Positions 51,236-60,743 of a stretch of DNA of 64,000 nucleotides are shown here, one piece after another (the first letter of the stretch is position 1; every line of letters starts with the position of its first letter). A program made the position numbers and the translations under genes. The notes beneath the pieces are model-generated. The model did not search any database and was not told where the DNA came from. It saw only the letters and a list, made by a program, of their open reading frames with translations. Source of the stretch: Leptolyngbyaceae cyanobacterium (lineage in GTDB: Bacteria > Cyanobacteriota > Cyanobacteriia > Phormidesmidales > Phormidesmidaceae); the NCBI GenBank assembly GCA_965263355.1, contig CBDHHL010000056.1, positions 288,001 to 352,000 of the forward strand. Reading direction: 5' to 3'.

Positions 51236-52039
51236 ATGACCAATGCTTTCCCAAACACTCCTCAGAAACAACTCAAGCTTCCAGGCATTTTGGGGGGATT
51301 AGGCCCTTTGGCCCATATTGAGTTTGAACAACGCTTGCTACACCATAGCTCGCGTCGGGGTGCACAGTGCGATCAGGATCATCCTAATTGGATAGTTCTC
51401 AGTGCTGCGTCAACCCCAGATCGAACTCAAAGTTTACTGAGAGAAGGACCAGACTGTGTCCCCAACTTGATACGTGGTGCGTGCCAGCTAGAGGCCATGG
51501 GAGCTGACTTCTTGATAGTGCCTTGTAACACTGCCCACGGGTTTTACCATACGGTACAGACCCAACTAGGCATTCCCTGGCTGCATATGATGGATACAAC
51601 AGCAGCTTATATTGCCCGTTATTTTCCCAATGTGCGGCAGTTGGGAGTGTTGGCAACGGATGGAACGTTGCGATCGCAACTCTACACCCCCAGTCTCGCC
51701 CAATATGGCATCTCTCCGATTTCACCCCCCTTGAAATCGCCTATTCAGCATCGCGTTATGCAAGCCATTTACTCGCCAGACTGGGGCATTAAAGCCACGG
51801 GTGCCTGGGTTTCAGACATTGCCCTGATTGAACTTATCGTCGCGTCTCGCTGGTTAGCCGCCCAAGGCGCAGAGCTGATCATCGCCGGATGTACCGAAAT
51901 ATCCATCGGGTTAACCAAACTTAGTCAGCTACCCATTAACTGGGTCGACCCCCTTGATGTCATGGCCAATCTTACCCTTGACCTTGTTTACGGTATTACT
52001 CCAGTTCAACCTGTTGTGTCAGCCAAACGCTTCCCATGA
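51236..52039 (+). CDS. PLP-independent Asp/Glu-family amino acid racemase
   Basis: GILGGLGPLA, PDRT, and both catalytic Cys motifs VPCNTAH and AGCTEI. Confidence 0.92.
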   Translation: MTNAFPNTPQKQLKLPGILGGLGPLAHIEFEQRLLHHSSRRGAQCDQDHPNWIVLSAASTPDRTQSLLREGPDCVPNLIRGACQLEAMGADFLIVPCNTAHGFYHTVQTQLGIPWLHMMDTTAAYIARYFPNVRQLGVLATDGTLRSQLYTPSLAQYGISPISPPLKSPIQHRVMQAIYSPDWGIKATGAWVSDIALIELIVASRWLAAQGAELIIAGCTEISIGLTKLSQLPINWVDPLDVMANLTLDLVYGITPVQPVVSAKRFP

Positions 52040-53139
52040 TTGATATATCATCCCGACGACGACTTCAATGGATGTCGCGCTTTGTTATTTTAAGCCTTTT
52101 GGTTGGCCTGTTTCAGCTGACTGTTGCAGTTACCCCGACCCTGGCTAGTACATTGAGTACCCTGCAATTAGGCAGTGAGGGAGAGGCGGTTGAACAGCTA
52201 CAAACACAGTTACAAACGCTGGGATACTTGGACTCAGAGATTAATGGGGTTTATAACCACTCTACCCAACTCGCTGTTCAAGCCTTTCAAAGGGACCGTA
52301 ATATGTTGTGGGCCGATGGCATAGCTGGTGAGGAAACTCAGCGTCAGCTTGCGGGTCAAGGAGAGGATTTATACATTTCCCGTACAGAAATGTCCGCTGA
52401 TATTGAGCGTATTCTCAATCGAGGTAAATTAATTGTTGCTTTACTGGGGGCTGACAATGCTCCCTTCTTTATGGGAGATAATCCACCAGCGGGATTAGAC
52501 ATCAAAATTTCACAGGGATTGGCTGATGCCTTGGGGGTGGATTTAGAATTTAACCGTTCGGCAGATACGTTTAATGATGTCGTTGACCAAGTATACCAGC
52601 TGAAGGCCGATATTGCCATTTCTAAACTAAGTCGCACCCTAAGCCGAGCAAAACGAGTACAATTCTCTCGGCCTTATGTCACCATGCGTCAGGGGTTGTT
52701 GGTAAATCGGGTGCAGTTAGCTGAACAAACTGAAGGAAATCAGGTGATTGAAGCCATTCGTAACTTTAGCGGCAACGTCGGTGTGATTCAAGGCTCATCC
52801 TACGTTGGTTTTATCAAACAAAAATTTCCTAAAGCGACCATTAAAGAATATCCTACCTGGGATGACATTGTAGACGCTGTTATTAACGGTGATATTCAGG
52901 CAGCCTACCGCGATGAACTCGAAGTTAAAAAGATTATTTATAAAAATCCTGACGCTGCCCTCAGGTTACAAACAATCGCCTTAAATGACACCCAAGATCA
53001 AATTGCGATGGCTCTACCCTGGGATAGTCGTCATTTACGAGACTTTGTTAATCAGTATTTAGAAACCTTTAGTTTCGACTATACAGCTGATGCAGTTCTA
53101 GAAGAATATGCCGATTATTTGCAGCTGAAAAAAGAATAA
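52036..53139 (+). CDS. Peptidoglycan-binding domain fused to a family 3 amino-acid solute-binding protein
   Basis: Signal peptide; LQLGSEGEAVEQLQ...AVQAFQ...DGIAGEET; GLDIKIS, LSRTLSRAKRVQFSRPY. Confidence 0.88.
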   Translation: MIDISSRRRLQWMSRFVILSLLVGLFQLTVAVTPTLASTLSTLQLGSEGEAVEQLQTQLQTLGYLDSEINGVYNHSTQLAVQAFQRDRNMLWADGIAGEETQRQLAGQGEDLYISRTEMSADIERILNRGKLIVALLGADNAPFFMGDNPPAGLDIKISQGLADALGVDLEFNRSADTFNDVVDQVYQLKADIAISKLSRTLSRAKRVQFSRPYVTMRQGLLVNRVQLAEQTEGNQVIEAIRNFSGNVGVIQGSSYVGFIKQKFPKATIKEYPTWDDIVDAVINGDIQAAYRDELEVKKIIYKNPDAALRLQTIALNDTQDQIAMALPWDSRHLRDFVNQYLETFSFDYTADAVLEEYADYLQLKKE

Positions 53140-53210
53140 CCACACGCCTTTTTAGGGGGCACGGCAGTGCGCGCCTAGGATTTCATTACTTATATTCCTC
53201 TAAAGTCGTT

Positions 53211-54539
53211 ATGACAATTAATTCAGCAACCAAACAACAGCAGCTTTGGTCAAATACTCTCTCCCTTAAATGGTTACGCAGTCCCTGGGCAATTCTAATT
53301 AGTGTTGCTCTGGCTATTTATATAGGCACAGTTCATCAAGAGTTTGCCATTCTATTAGCACCCCTAGGAAACTTTTATTTAGGGTTGCTCAAGATGTGTG
53401 TGCTGCCCATCCTGTTAGCCGCTATTACCACCAGCATTGGTCGATTGATGCAGAGCAGTAATGCCGCCCAGTATATCAAACGTATCCTGGTGATTTTTCC
53501 CCTAGGGCTGTTAGCGGCCAGTGGCTTGACCGTTATGCTTGCAGCTATTTTGGGGCCTGGACGTAATTTATCCACAAAAACATTAGAGTCTTTAGGGGTG
53601 CTGGTTAATGACTCTGGCATTGATTTAGAAATGTCTTTGACAGGGCCGATTCCTGAAGAATCCTCCAAGGGTATGGCATCTTTTCTGATTAATCTAGTCC
53701 CCGAAAATATTTTTAGTGCCCTGAGTCAAGGAGAAACCTTAAAGGTACTCATTTTTTCCATTATTGTGGGCATGTCGCTGGGGTTGATTCGCGATCGCGT
53801 CACCGAACCTTGCTTTGATATTTTAGAAGCAGTTTATAAAACATTTAATCAATTGATCAACTGGCTGACCATGGTCCTACCGATTGGCCTCTTTAGTCTT
53901 TTGGCGTATCAACTTTCCCAACAGGGACTGGATGTGATGCTATCGATGATTAATTTTGTCATCGCCGCCCTAATTACCTTTGTAGTGATATATGTGCTAA
54001 GCCTGTTGGTCGTCTGGCAACAATCCAAAATGCCGTTTATTAAGGTTCTGGCAGCTCTACGCGAACCAACCATCTTAGCGTTAGCTACATCCAGTAGTCT
54101 GGCTTGTCTCCCATCCGCCATTAGCCAGTTAACTGAAGCCCTAAATTTTAGTCGTCAAACGGCAAATCTGGTTACACCGCTTGCAATTACCCTTTGTCGA
54201 TTTGGCTCAGTGATTTACTTTGCCCTAGGTTCAGTATTTGTGATGCAGCTATATGACAAGCCCATTGATTTAGGTAACGTCATGATTGTAATTATTGGGG
54301 CCATTTTTGCTGGGATGGCGTCAGCAGGTGTGACCGGCATTCTCACCCTAACTATGCTCGGTATTGTATTGGAACCATTGCAGCTACCGCTAGAGGCCGT
54401 CTTGGTGCTATTTGTCGCCATTGACCCAATTATGGATCCGTTTCGTACCCTGGGGATTGTCCATACTGGCATTGCAGCAACTGCTATAATCGCTGATAAA
54501 TCCAGCGGAAACAGTATTATAACCGGTCTTGATGCCTAA
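53211..54539 (+). CDS. Dicarboxylate/amino acid:cation symporter (DAACS)
   Basis: LLKMCVLP, LVPENIF, ALATSSSLACLP, AIDPIMDPFRT. Confidence 0.92.
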   Translation: MTINSATKQQQLWSNTLSLKWLRSPWAILISVALAIYIGTVHQEFAILLAPLGNFYLGLLKMCVLPILLAAITTSIGRLMQSSNAAQYIKRILVIFPLGLLAASGLTVMLAAILGPGRNLSTKTLESLGVLVNDSGIDLEMSLTGPIPEESSKGMASFLINLVPENIFSALSQGETLKVLIFSIIVGMSLGLIRDRVTEPCFDILEAVYKTFNQLINWLTMVLPIGLFSLLAYQLSQQGLDVMLSMINFVIAALITFVVIYVLSLLVVWQQSKMPFIKVLAALREPTILALATSSSLACLPSAISQLTEALNFSRQTANLVTPLAITLCRFGSVIYFALGSVFVMQLYDKPIDLGNVMIVIIGAIFAGMASAGVTGILTLTMLGIVLEPLQLPLEAVLVLFVAIDPIMDPFRTLGIVHTGIAATAIIADKSSGNSIITGLDA

Positions 54540-55978
54540 CGACTCCTATAGGTATGACGTACTTGCTTAGCATGTCTCAACAACATTTCTAGTTTTTGAC
54601 GATCGCCACCGGTACTCTCACCATTTTGATCAATTTCTGTCTTTAATAATTTTACTTGCTCAGACAAGCTCTGTTGGCGACTCATGACCACAATGGCCAT
54701 GGCATTAAACAATTTAGCCAGTTTGCTAAACTCATCCGGTCGCGCAATCACATGGGCTAATGTGCGAGGATCAAACCGATTATGTTTGATCTCATCAGCT
54801 GCTTGATTAAGCTTATTGATCGGACGAATAATATGCAGAGCTGCCGCCAAAGCTAATAACGAAGCAATTGCAGTGATACCAACACCAATAATCAGAGTAT
54901 GTCGGGCTGTTTCCCGAATTTTTGCCATATAGTCATTTTGAGGAATCGTCAAACCAACTATCCAATCAAGCCCTAAATCGTTTATATGGCGAATATAAAC
55001 ATGTTGTTTCTCGCCATCTAGCTCAAACTTAAACGAGTAATGCTCCTCCATCTGGCTAAGATCGTCAATATTTTCTAGCAGATGATTAACGGTTTCTCGT
55101 ATTAATTTATTTTGGCTGTTGGTTGCTGCTAGCCGCAGTTTCTCGTCCCCCTGTACAATAAACGGTTTTTCATTAGCAGAAACTGCAATCACATCTCCAG
55201 AGGTCTCAATGATAAATGCTTTACCATTGGGACTCACAAACAAATCTTTGAGAAAGTCACTGAGTTCAAAGAGATAAACATCTATGCCAAATACGCCTTG
55301 CAAGTTACCAGAACGATCAAAAATAGGGGTGGCACGAGTCAATGTTAGATCAGCTCTAGACTTAGCAATATAAACCTGACTCCAAACAGGGACTCTGTTG
55401 AACGCGGCTTCTTTATACCAAGTCCTAATGCGAGGGTCATAGTCAGTTACCTTGAGCTGCTTAGTTAGCTGAGTTCCATTTTTCACTTCATAGGCAATGC
55501 GCTGAAAGTTCGTGGCTTTATCCACAAAGTCCATACGGTTCACATTATTGAAATGTTCGCTATAGACAAATTCTCCTAACTCGTTTCCGTAGTAAAGGTT
55601 ATTTGTTAAATTCTCTGACTGGGTAAATGTCCATAGGGTTTGACCCAATTCACGAATATCTTCAATGTTCAAGTTACCACTGGCAACTTCTGCCTCAATT
55701 ACAGACGAAATTAAAGATGGTTTGGTCAAATAACTGTCGACCTGTTTTTCAATATTAGCCGCAACCTCTGCACTGATTTTGCCCACTAGCTCATCAACAG
55801 CTTTCTGCCCATTGCGAAAGGCTAACCAACTGGTCAAAAGAATACCGGACACTAAGGGTGTAACTACACACAGGGGTAAACTCCAGCGAATAGAGACTAG
55901 CTGTTTAGTTGTGTTTAATCCAGTCGTTATGCCAGTGGATAAAGAACTCTTAAATCGTGATATCATCAGCGTTCTCAA
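54536..55978 (-). CDS. Cache-HAMP membrane sensor with no output domain
   Basis: Two TM helices, YDPRIRTWY dCache motif, HAMP (IIRPINKL...DEFSKLAKLFNAMA) and a short coiled-coil tail. Confidence 0.85.
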   Translation of the reverse strand: MRTLMISRFKSSLSTGITTGLNTTKQLVSIRWSLPLCVVTPLVSGILLTSWLAFRNGQKAVDELVGKISAEVAANIEKQVDSYLTKPSLISSVIEAEVASGNLNIEDIRELGQTLWTFTQSENLTNNLYYGNELGEFVYSEHFNNVNRMDFVDKATNFQRIAYEVKNGTQLTKQLKVTDYDPRIRTWYKEAAFNRVPVWSQVYIAKSRADLTLTRATPIFDRSGNLQGVFGIDVYLFELSDFLKDLFVSPNGKAFIIETSGDVIAVSANEKPFIVQGDEKLRLAATNSQNKLIRETVNHLLENIDDLSQMEEHYSFKFELDGEKQHVYIRHINDLGLDWIVGLTIPQNDYMAKIRETARHTLIIGVGITAIASLLALAAALHIIRPINKLNQAADEIKHNRFDPRTLAHVIARPDEFSKLAKLFNAMAIVVMSRQQSLSEQVKLLKTEIDQNGESTGGDRQKLEMLLRHAKQVRHTYRSR

Positions 55979-56069
55979 TAGAGGTTCAGGCTAAATCGAA
56001 AATCCCCTATTAAGATGCCCGTAAGCCTCCTCAAATCAACATAATTTGCTGACGTACTTAATGGAGTGC

Positions 56070-56789
56070 CTACTTCTCAAGGGAGAGAGAGTAGCAAAAA
56101 CGATCGGCTCGCGAAATTGTTTCTCCGTGTAAGATGGGTGCCCGACCACTCGTGTATGCAGTATATCGATACACAATTAGAGGCTGACCAAGGGGAGCTT
56201 CTAAATAACCACTCATTTCATAATCAGCATGGGTACATTCAATCACCGCATCAATCTGCTCAATTACTACACCATTTGCTTCAAGGGTAGGAAACGTCAT
56301 TTGCTGTTTCAACTGAGTACTAAATTGCTGTCCAAGTTCTGACACAATATAGCTGATATCAACTGCTCCAATGACACCATCCATCTGTAACAGTTTCTTT
56401 TGCAAATAAACTGTTGATTTGTTGGGCAGCTGTAAGAACGTCTGAACAGTGTTAGGAGGACGAATTTTTCTAAAAGTAAGATTTTCGAACGTAAACTGGA
56501 TCCCTTTACGGGTTAGATCTTGTTCTAAAAAAACTAGTGGACTAACCAATGAGTAGGCTACCTTTTGCCTTGGCGTAACAAAAACTCCTCGCCCCTGCTG
56601 CGCTTTTACTAGCCCCTGATTAACCAAATTAGCAATGGCTCGCCTGACGGTAATACGACTGACATTAAAGGACTCCATTAGCTGGTGCTCACTCGGTAAC
56701 TTTTCACCAGGCAAATAGCTACCTGCCTCAATCTGCTGACGAAGCTTTTCTGAAATAGTGATGTGTAGGGGAATCGATGTCGATGACAT
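56070..56789 (-). CDS. GntR (HutC/UTRA subfamily) regulator
   Basis: LPSEHQLMESFNVSRITVRRAI...QGRGVFV; UTRA-like C-terminus. Confidence 0.93.
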   Translation of the reverse strand: MSSTSIPLHITISEKLRQQIEAGSYLPGEKLPSEHQLMESFNVSRITVRRAIANLVNQGLVKAQQGRGVFVTPRQKVAYSLVSPLVFLEQDLTRKGIQFTFENLTFRKIRPPNTVQTFLQLPNKSTVYLQKKLLQMDGVIGAVDISYIVSELGQQFSTQLKQQMTFPTLEANGVVIEQIDAVIECTHADYEMSGYLEAPLGQPLIVYRYTAYTSGRAPILHGETISRADRFCYSLSLEK

Positions 56790-56831
56790 GTGGGACTAAC
56801 TATGTCAGGATTTGCTGAAATAGCACCTAGG

Positions 56832-56879
56832 CTTGTTATACCAGCTATGGTGTGCTAATTTTTACTTGTTATGACAAGT
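56832..56879. promoter_or_regulatory. Putative GntR operator pair
   Basis: Palindrome acttgt-tatg-acaagt (56864-56879) and a weaker copy cttgttataccag (56832-56844) between divergent genes. Confidence 0.7.
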
Positions 56880-56938
56880 GCTGCAATAGGTCCGAAACTT
56901 CAGACCTTGCAGACGCTGGATCCATTAGGGTTTAAAAG

Positions 56939-57868
56939 ATGTTAACTGACTCGGTTCAATCCCCTAAAGCATCGGTATCAGAACCTCATAAAATCTTAGC
57001 TATTTGTGAGCTTAAGGCATTAAATACACGTACTAATCTAAACGGTTACATTAGATTAGGCTTGCATGTGGCTGTGCTTGGGGTTAGTGGCTACCTGTGG
57101 GGCAGCCTATCTGGCTGGCTAAAGGTACCCACCCTGCTTATTTATGGGATTGGCCTAGCCTTGATGTTTTGCCCAACCCACGAATGTGTTCACCGCACTG
57201 CATTTGCTGATTCTAAGGTTAATGATGGCGTAGGTTGGTTTACTGGTTTGCTATCGTTTTATAACAGTACGTTTTATCGGTACTACCACAAATGGCACCA
57301 TCGCTACACACAGATTGCGGGTAAAGATCCTGAATTAGATGATCCCAGGCCAGAAAGTTTAGGACAGTATCTGTGGCTATTGAGCGGTATTCCCTGGTGG
57401 CGAGGCAAGTTTAAAGGTCATCTAAAGGTCGCTTTTGGACACCTAGAAGACTGTTACTTTTTGCCACAAAGTTCCCATGCAGACATTATACAATCCACTC
57501 GTTTGCAGTTGGGGACATATGTTGTCATGGGTATGATTTCATCAGCCCTAGGCCATCCCTGGTTTATTGTTATCTATTGGTTGTTACCGCTAGCAATAGG
57601 GCAACCCTTTCTCAGGTTTGTTCTCATTGCAGAGCATACAGGTTGTACGGAGGATGATAATCCTTTGACGAATACGCGGACAACATTAACCCTGTGGCCG
57701 CTACGTCTACTGATGTGGAATATGCCGTACCATGCTGAACACCATCTTTATCCGTCGATTCCCTTTCATGCCTTGCCGGAGGCTCACCAGAGTCTGAAAG
57801 ACTATTTTTCTTGGGTTGATGCAGGGTATGTGCAGGTAAATCGTGATATTGTTGCGAGACTTGGATAA
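56939..57868 (+). CDS. Fatty acid desaturase / MocD-like di-iron oxygenase
   Basis: His boxes HECVH, HKWHH, EH and HAEHH. Confidence 0.9.
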   Translation: MLTDSVQSPKASVSEPHKILAICELKALNTRTNLNGYIRLGLHVAVLGVSGYLWGSLSGWLKVPTLLIYGIGLALMFCPTHECVHRTAFADSKVNDGVGWFTGLLSFYNSTFYRYYHKWHHRYTQIAGKDPELDDPRPESLGQYLWLLSGIPWWRGKFKGHLKVAFGHLEDCYFLPQSSHADIIQSTRLQLGTYVVMGMISSALGHPWFIVIYWLLPLAIGQPFLRFVLIAEHTGCTEDDNPLTNTRTTLTLWPLRLLMWNMPYHAEHHLYPSIPFHALPEAHQSLKDYFSWVDAGYVQVNRDIVARLG

Positions 57869-57892
57869 CTCATCTTTCTGTAGGTAACAACA

Positions 57893-58897
57893 ATGTCATC
57901 CCCTAAGAGTTTTGTTTTGAAGAATTTTTCTCTGCAGTGTGGTGTGATGTTGCCCGAGGCAACGGTTGTGTATCAGACCTACGGAGAACTCAATTCTGAG
58001 CGTAATAATGGGGTGCTGTATCCTACGTCTTACGGAGCGCAGCACTCGGATGTGGACTGGTTAGTGCGCCTGGGTGGAATTTTAGATCCAACAGATTGGT
58101 TTGTGATTATGCCAAATATGTTTGGCAATGGGCTTTCCACATCGCCAAGTAACTGTGAGGCGGTTAAGGAAGCAGGCGTTTACTTCACCCATTACGACAA
58201 TGTTCGGGCGCAGGCAGCGTTGTTGGACTGTTTGGGTATTGAGCAGTTGGCTTTGGTGTACGGCTGGTCCATGGGAGCACAGCAAGGATATCACTGGGGA
58301 GTGCTTTATCCTGAACGGGTACAGCGGATTGCGGCATTGTGTGGTACAGCTAAGACAACTGACCATAATCGGGTTTTTCTATATAGTTTAAGGGCGGCAT
58401 TACAGGGTGATCCGGCCTGGAATGGTGAGCGGTTTGAGGGTATACCAGAAACGGGCTTTCATACGTTTACGCAGATTTATGCGAGTTGGGCGGCATCACA
58501 GCCGTATTATCGAGCTAAGCCTTATTTGGCGTGGGGATATGATTCTTTAGAAGATTATTTGCTGCGTAGCTGGGAGGCGGGGTATCGGCGGCGGGATCCC
58601 CATAATTTGCTGGCGATGATTGAGACGTGGCTGCACTGTGATGTGGGGAATAATCCGGTCTACACAGGTGATTATGTTAAGGCGATGGGGGCGATCTCAG
58701 CGAAGACATTGGTGATGCCTGCTAGTACAGATCTGTACTTTACGCCGGAGGACTGTGAGGTTGAGGCAAAGTTGATTCCTCATAGCACATATACCGTGAT
58801 TCCTTCAATTTGGGGCCATCGAGCGGGTAATCCTTACCAGAATCCTGAGGACGAGGCATTTATTAAGCAGGCAGTTGCGCAGTTGCTGAATAGTTAG
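57893..58897 (+). CDS. Alpha/beta hydrolase (homoserine acetyltransferase-like)
   Basis: YQTYGELN, GWSMGAQQ nucleophile elbow, DLYF, WGH. Confidence 0.88.
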   Translation: MSSPKSFVLKNFSLQCGVMLPEATVVYQTYGELNSERNNGVLYPTSYGAQHSDVDWLVRLGGILDPTDWFVIMPNMFGNGLSTSPSNCEAVKEAGVYFTHYDNVRAQAALLDCLGIEQLALVYGWSMGAQQGYHWGVLYPERVQRIAALCGTAKTTDHNRVFLYSLRAALQGDPAWNGERFEGIPETGFHTFTQIYASWAASQPYYRAKPYLAWGYDSLEDYLLRSWEAGYRRRDPHNLLAMIETWLHCDVGNNPVYTGDYVKAMGAISAKTLVMPASTDLYFTPEDCEVEAKLIPHSTYTVIPSIWGHRAGNPYQNPEDEAFIKQAVAQLLNS

Positions 58898-59204
58898 ATG
58901 GATGTTCGACTTAAGTTTTTCTAGCTGGTTTAGGTGCTGAGGTTTGAAAACTATGCCATGGTGGTTTTCTCAAGATTTAGTCACTGTTAGCAACAGCAAT
59001 AGAAGAACTCAGTTTAAATTTTTGTTGCATTGCTGCTGCGATGCCAAATGTTAACCGATATCACAGTGAATCAATAGGTCAAGTGTTGTACGATACAAAA
59101 ATCAAGTCAGTAGTAGCATCTGTAGGATTTTGATTGCATTTTGAATAAGTTCTCAAACTCTAGCGCTATTTAACGGTAATTGATGCCCCATCAGGAGATG
59201 TATT

Positions 59205-59366
59205 ATGCTACCTGCTTTACCGATTTTAGTGTTTGGTACATTATTTATCATGTGGAGTCGTACTAGTCTGGCTCCTGTGAAAGAATTGCCGCCAAAAGAT
59301 AACAGTGCTGATGGCAATGATAATAAAATTATTGTCAAAGTTGTTGCTGCTGACGAAGCTGCATAA
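59205..59366 (+). CDS. Small single-pass membrane protein (53 aa, absent from the ORF track)
   Basis: AGGAG RBS; MLPALPILVFGTLFIMWSRTSLAPVKELPPKDNSADGNDNKIIVKVVAADEAA*. Confidence 0.6.
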   Translation: MLPALPILVFGTLFIMWSRTSLAPVKELPPKDNSADGNDNKIIVKVVAADEAA

Positions 59367-59566
59367 ATGATGAAGCAACGGTAAGAAAAGTCTGTAGATG
59401 ATGTGCCTGTTGGTAGGGGCTGCACCTTGTGTCTGCCCCAATATCAACTGAGGGATTGAATATGGTGGTGTTTGGGTAAAAGAGCATTGAGAAAGTCTAC
59501 CAGCAATGATTTGTTGGCTTTGCTGCCAAATACTTGAACGAACAAAAACCATGTCTCCTGACGGGT

Positions 59567-60694
59567 TTAGTTTGAAGGTTCAAACCTAAAGGGAGGCAGA
59601 ATCAACGTTTCTCCATTGGGTGAACTAATTGCTACTGTAAACTGTTCATCTAAGGTGCCAAATGCTTGGGTATACAAATAGGTAGTCATTGCATCATGGC
59701 TAACATCGCGTCTGGACAATACAGTATTCTCATCACTCACCTGCAGTTCTGTACCCACCGGCAACCGTTGATCATCCACTGGCCCCAACAACATAAATAA
59801 GCTCCATTCCTTCGTATCAGGCAATGCCCAAACCAGGCTATACACCTGACAGGTCATGTCACCCACTGTTACAGGCCCATAAGCTCCAGTTGCGTCGGTA
59901 GGAATCTCCACACCTCGATTGTTTAGCCCTTCAACAATTTTAGACAGTTTCTCGATGGGGGTATCAGTCTTTCCCATAGTCCGAAACCCATAACTTGGAC
60001 TCAACACCGGAACCAATTGCCAGGTCAGCTCATCCGCCACCGCATCCAACTGTCCCTGCAGCCATTTGCCTGTATTAATCACACGCGCCGCTGCTGATTT
60101 AATTGAGCTAGCAATAGTTTTTCCATCCTCCACTACAGTTGGTATAATCGCCTCTGGCTGTAAACAGCTCAGATATAACAACAACTTTTCAGGAGATACC
60201 GTAAACTGACTAACCGGCACTCCATAATTCTTAGCTTCCGGCTGTAAGTTTTGTTCAATATATTTTTTTAGCTGATCATGGCGTAGCCCTGCCGCCACAA
60301 GCACCTGATCGACTTCCTCATGGACCTCCACCAACACATACAAGTGAGCTTTATCCTGACCCTGCACCGCCGTTGCCGGAATCATCATCGGGTCATCTTG
60401 AAGTACCCCCATGGGCAAAATGCATAGTCGGAAATCTCCCACCTGGAGATTAGCATTGATGCCCGGTGCAATATCCTGAGCATAGGTAATTGGCAACTGA
60501 TTATTACTTTGGTTTAACCATTGTTCAAAACCAGCAATGGCTAAGGCCCTTAAAAAACTATGCCATTGTTCATCTGTGTCGGTGATATCGCGACAAACGC
60601 TCTGAGCCCATTGGGTAGACCTATCAGTTAACATAATCGTTTCTGTTGCTACAGGGATAAAGTCGTCGAAAGGCTGTGACAGTGGAGTAATCAT
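59567..60694 (-). CDS. DUF1822 family protein
   Basis: AHLYVLVEVHEE, LLYLSCL, INTGKWL, YLYTQAFG; likely start MITPL at 60694. Confidence 0.8.
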   Translation of the reverse strand: MITPLSQPFDDFIPVATETIMLTDRSTQWAQSVCRDITDTDEQWHSFLRALAIAGFEQWLNQSNNQLPITYAQDIAPGINANLQVGDFRLCILPMGVLQDDPMMIPATAVQGQDKAHLYVLVEVHEEVDQVLVAAGLRHDQLKKYIEQNLQPEAKNYGVPVSQFTVSPEKLLLYLSCLQPEAIIPTVVEDGKTIASSIKSAAARVINTGKWLQGQLDAVADELTWQLVPVLSPSYGFRTMGKTDTPIEKLSKIVEGLNNRGVEIPTDATGAYGPVTVGDMTCQVYSLVWALPDTKEWSLFMLLGPVDDQRLPVGTELQVSDENTVLSRRDVSHDAMTTYLYTQAFGTLDEQFTVAISSPNGETLILPPFRFEPSN

Positions 60695-60743
60695 GATGTA
60701 AAACTTAGCCGAAACAATACAGAGATAGGAGCATGGGTCGCGC

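Noticed and set aside
59153..59552. Two minus-strand ORFs (90 and 103 aa)
   Set aside because: No recognisable motifs; they span a REP element and are antisense to a better small ORF
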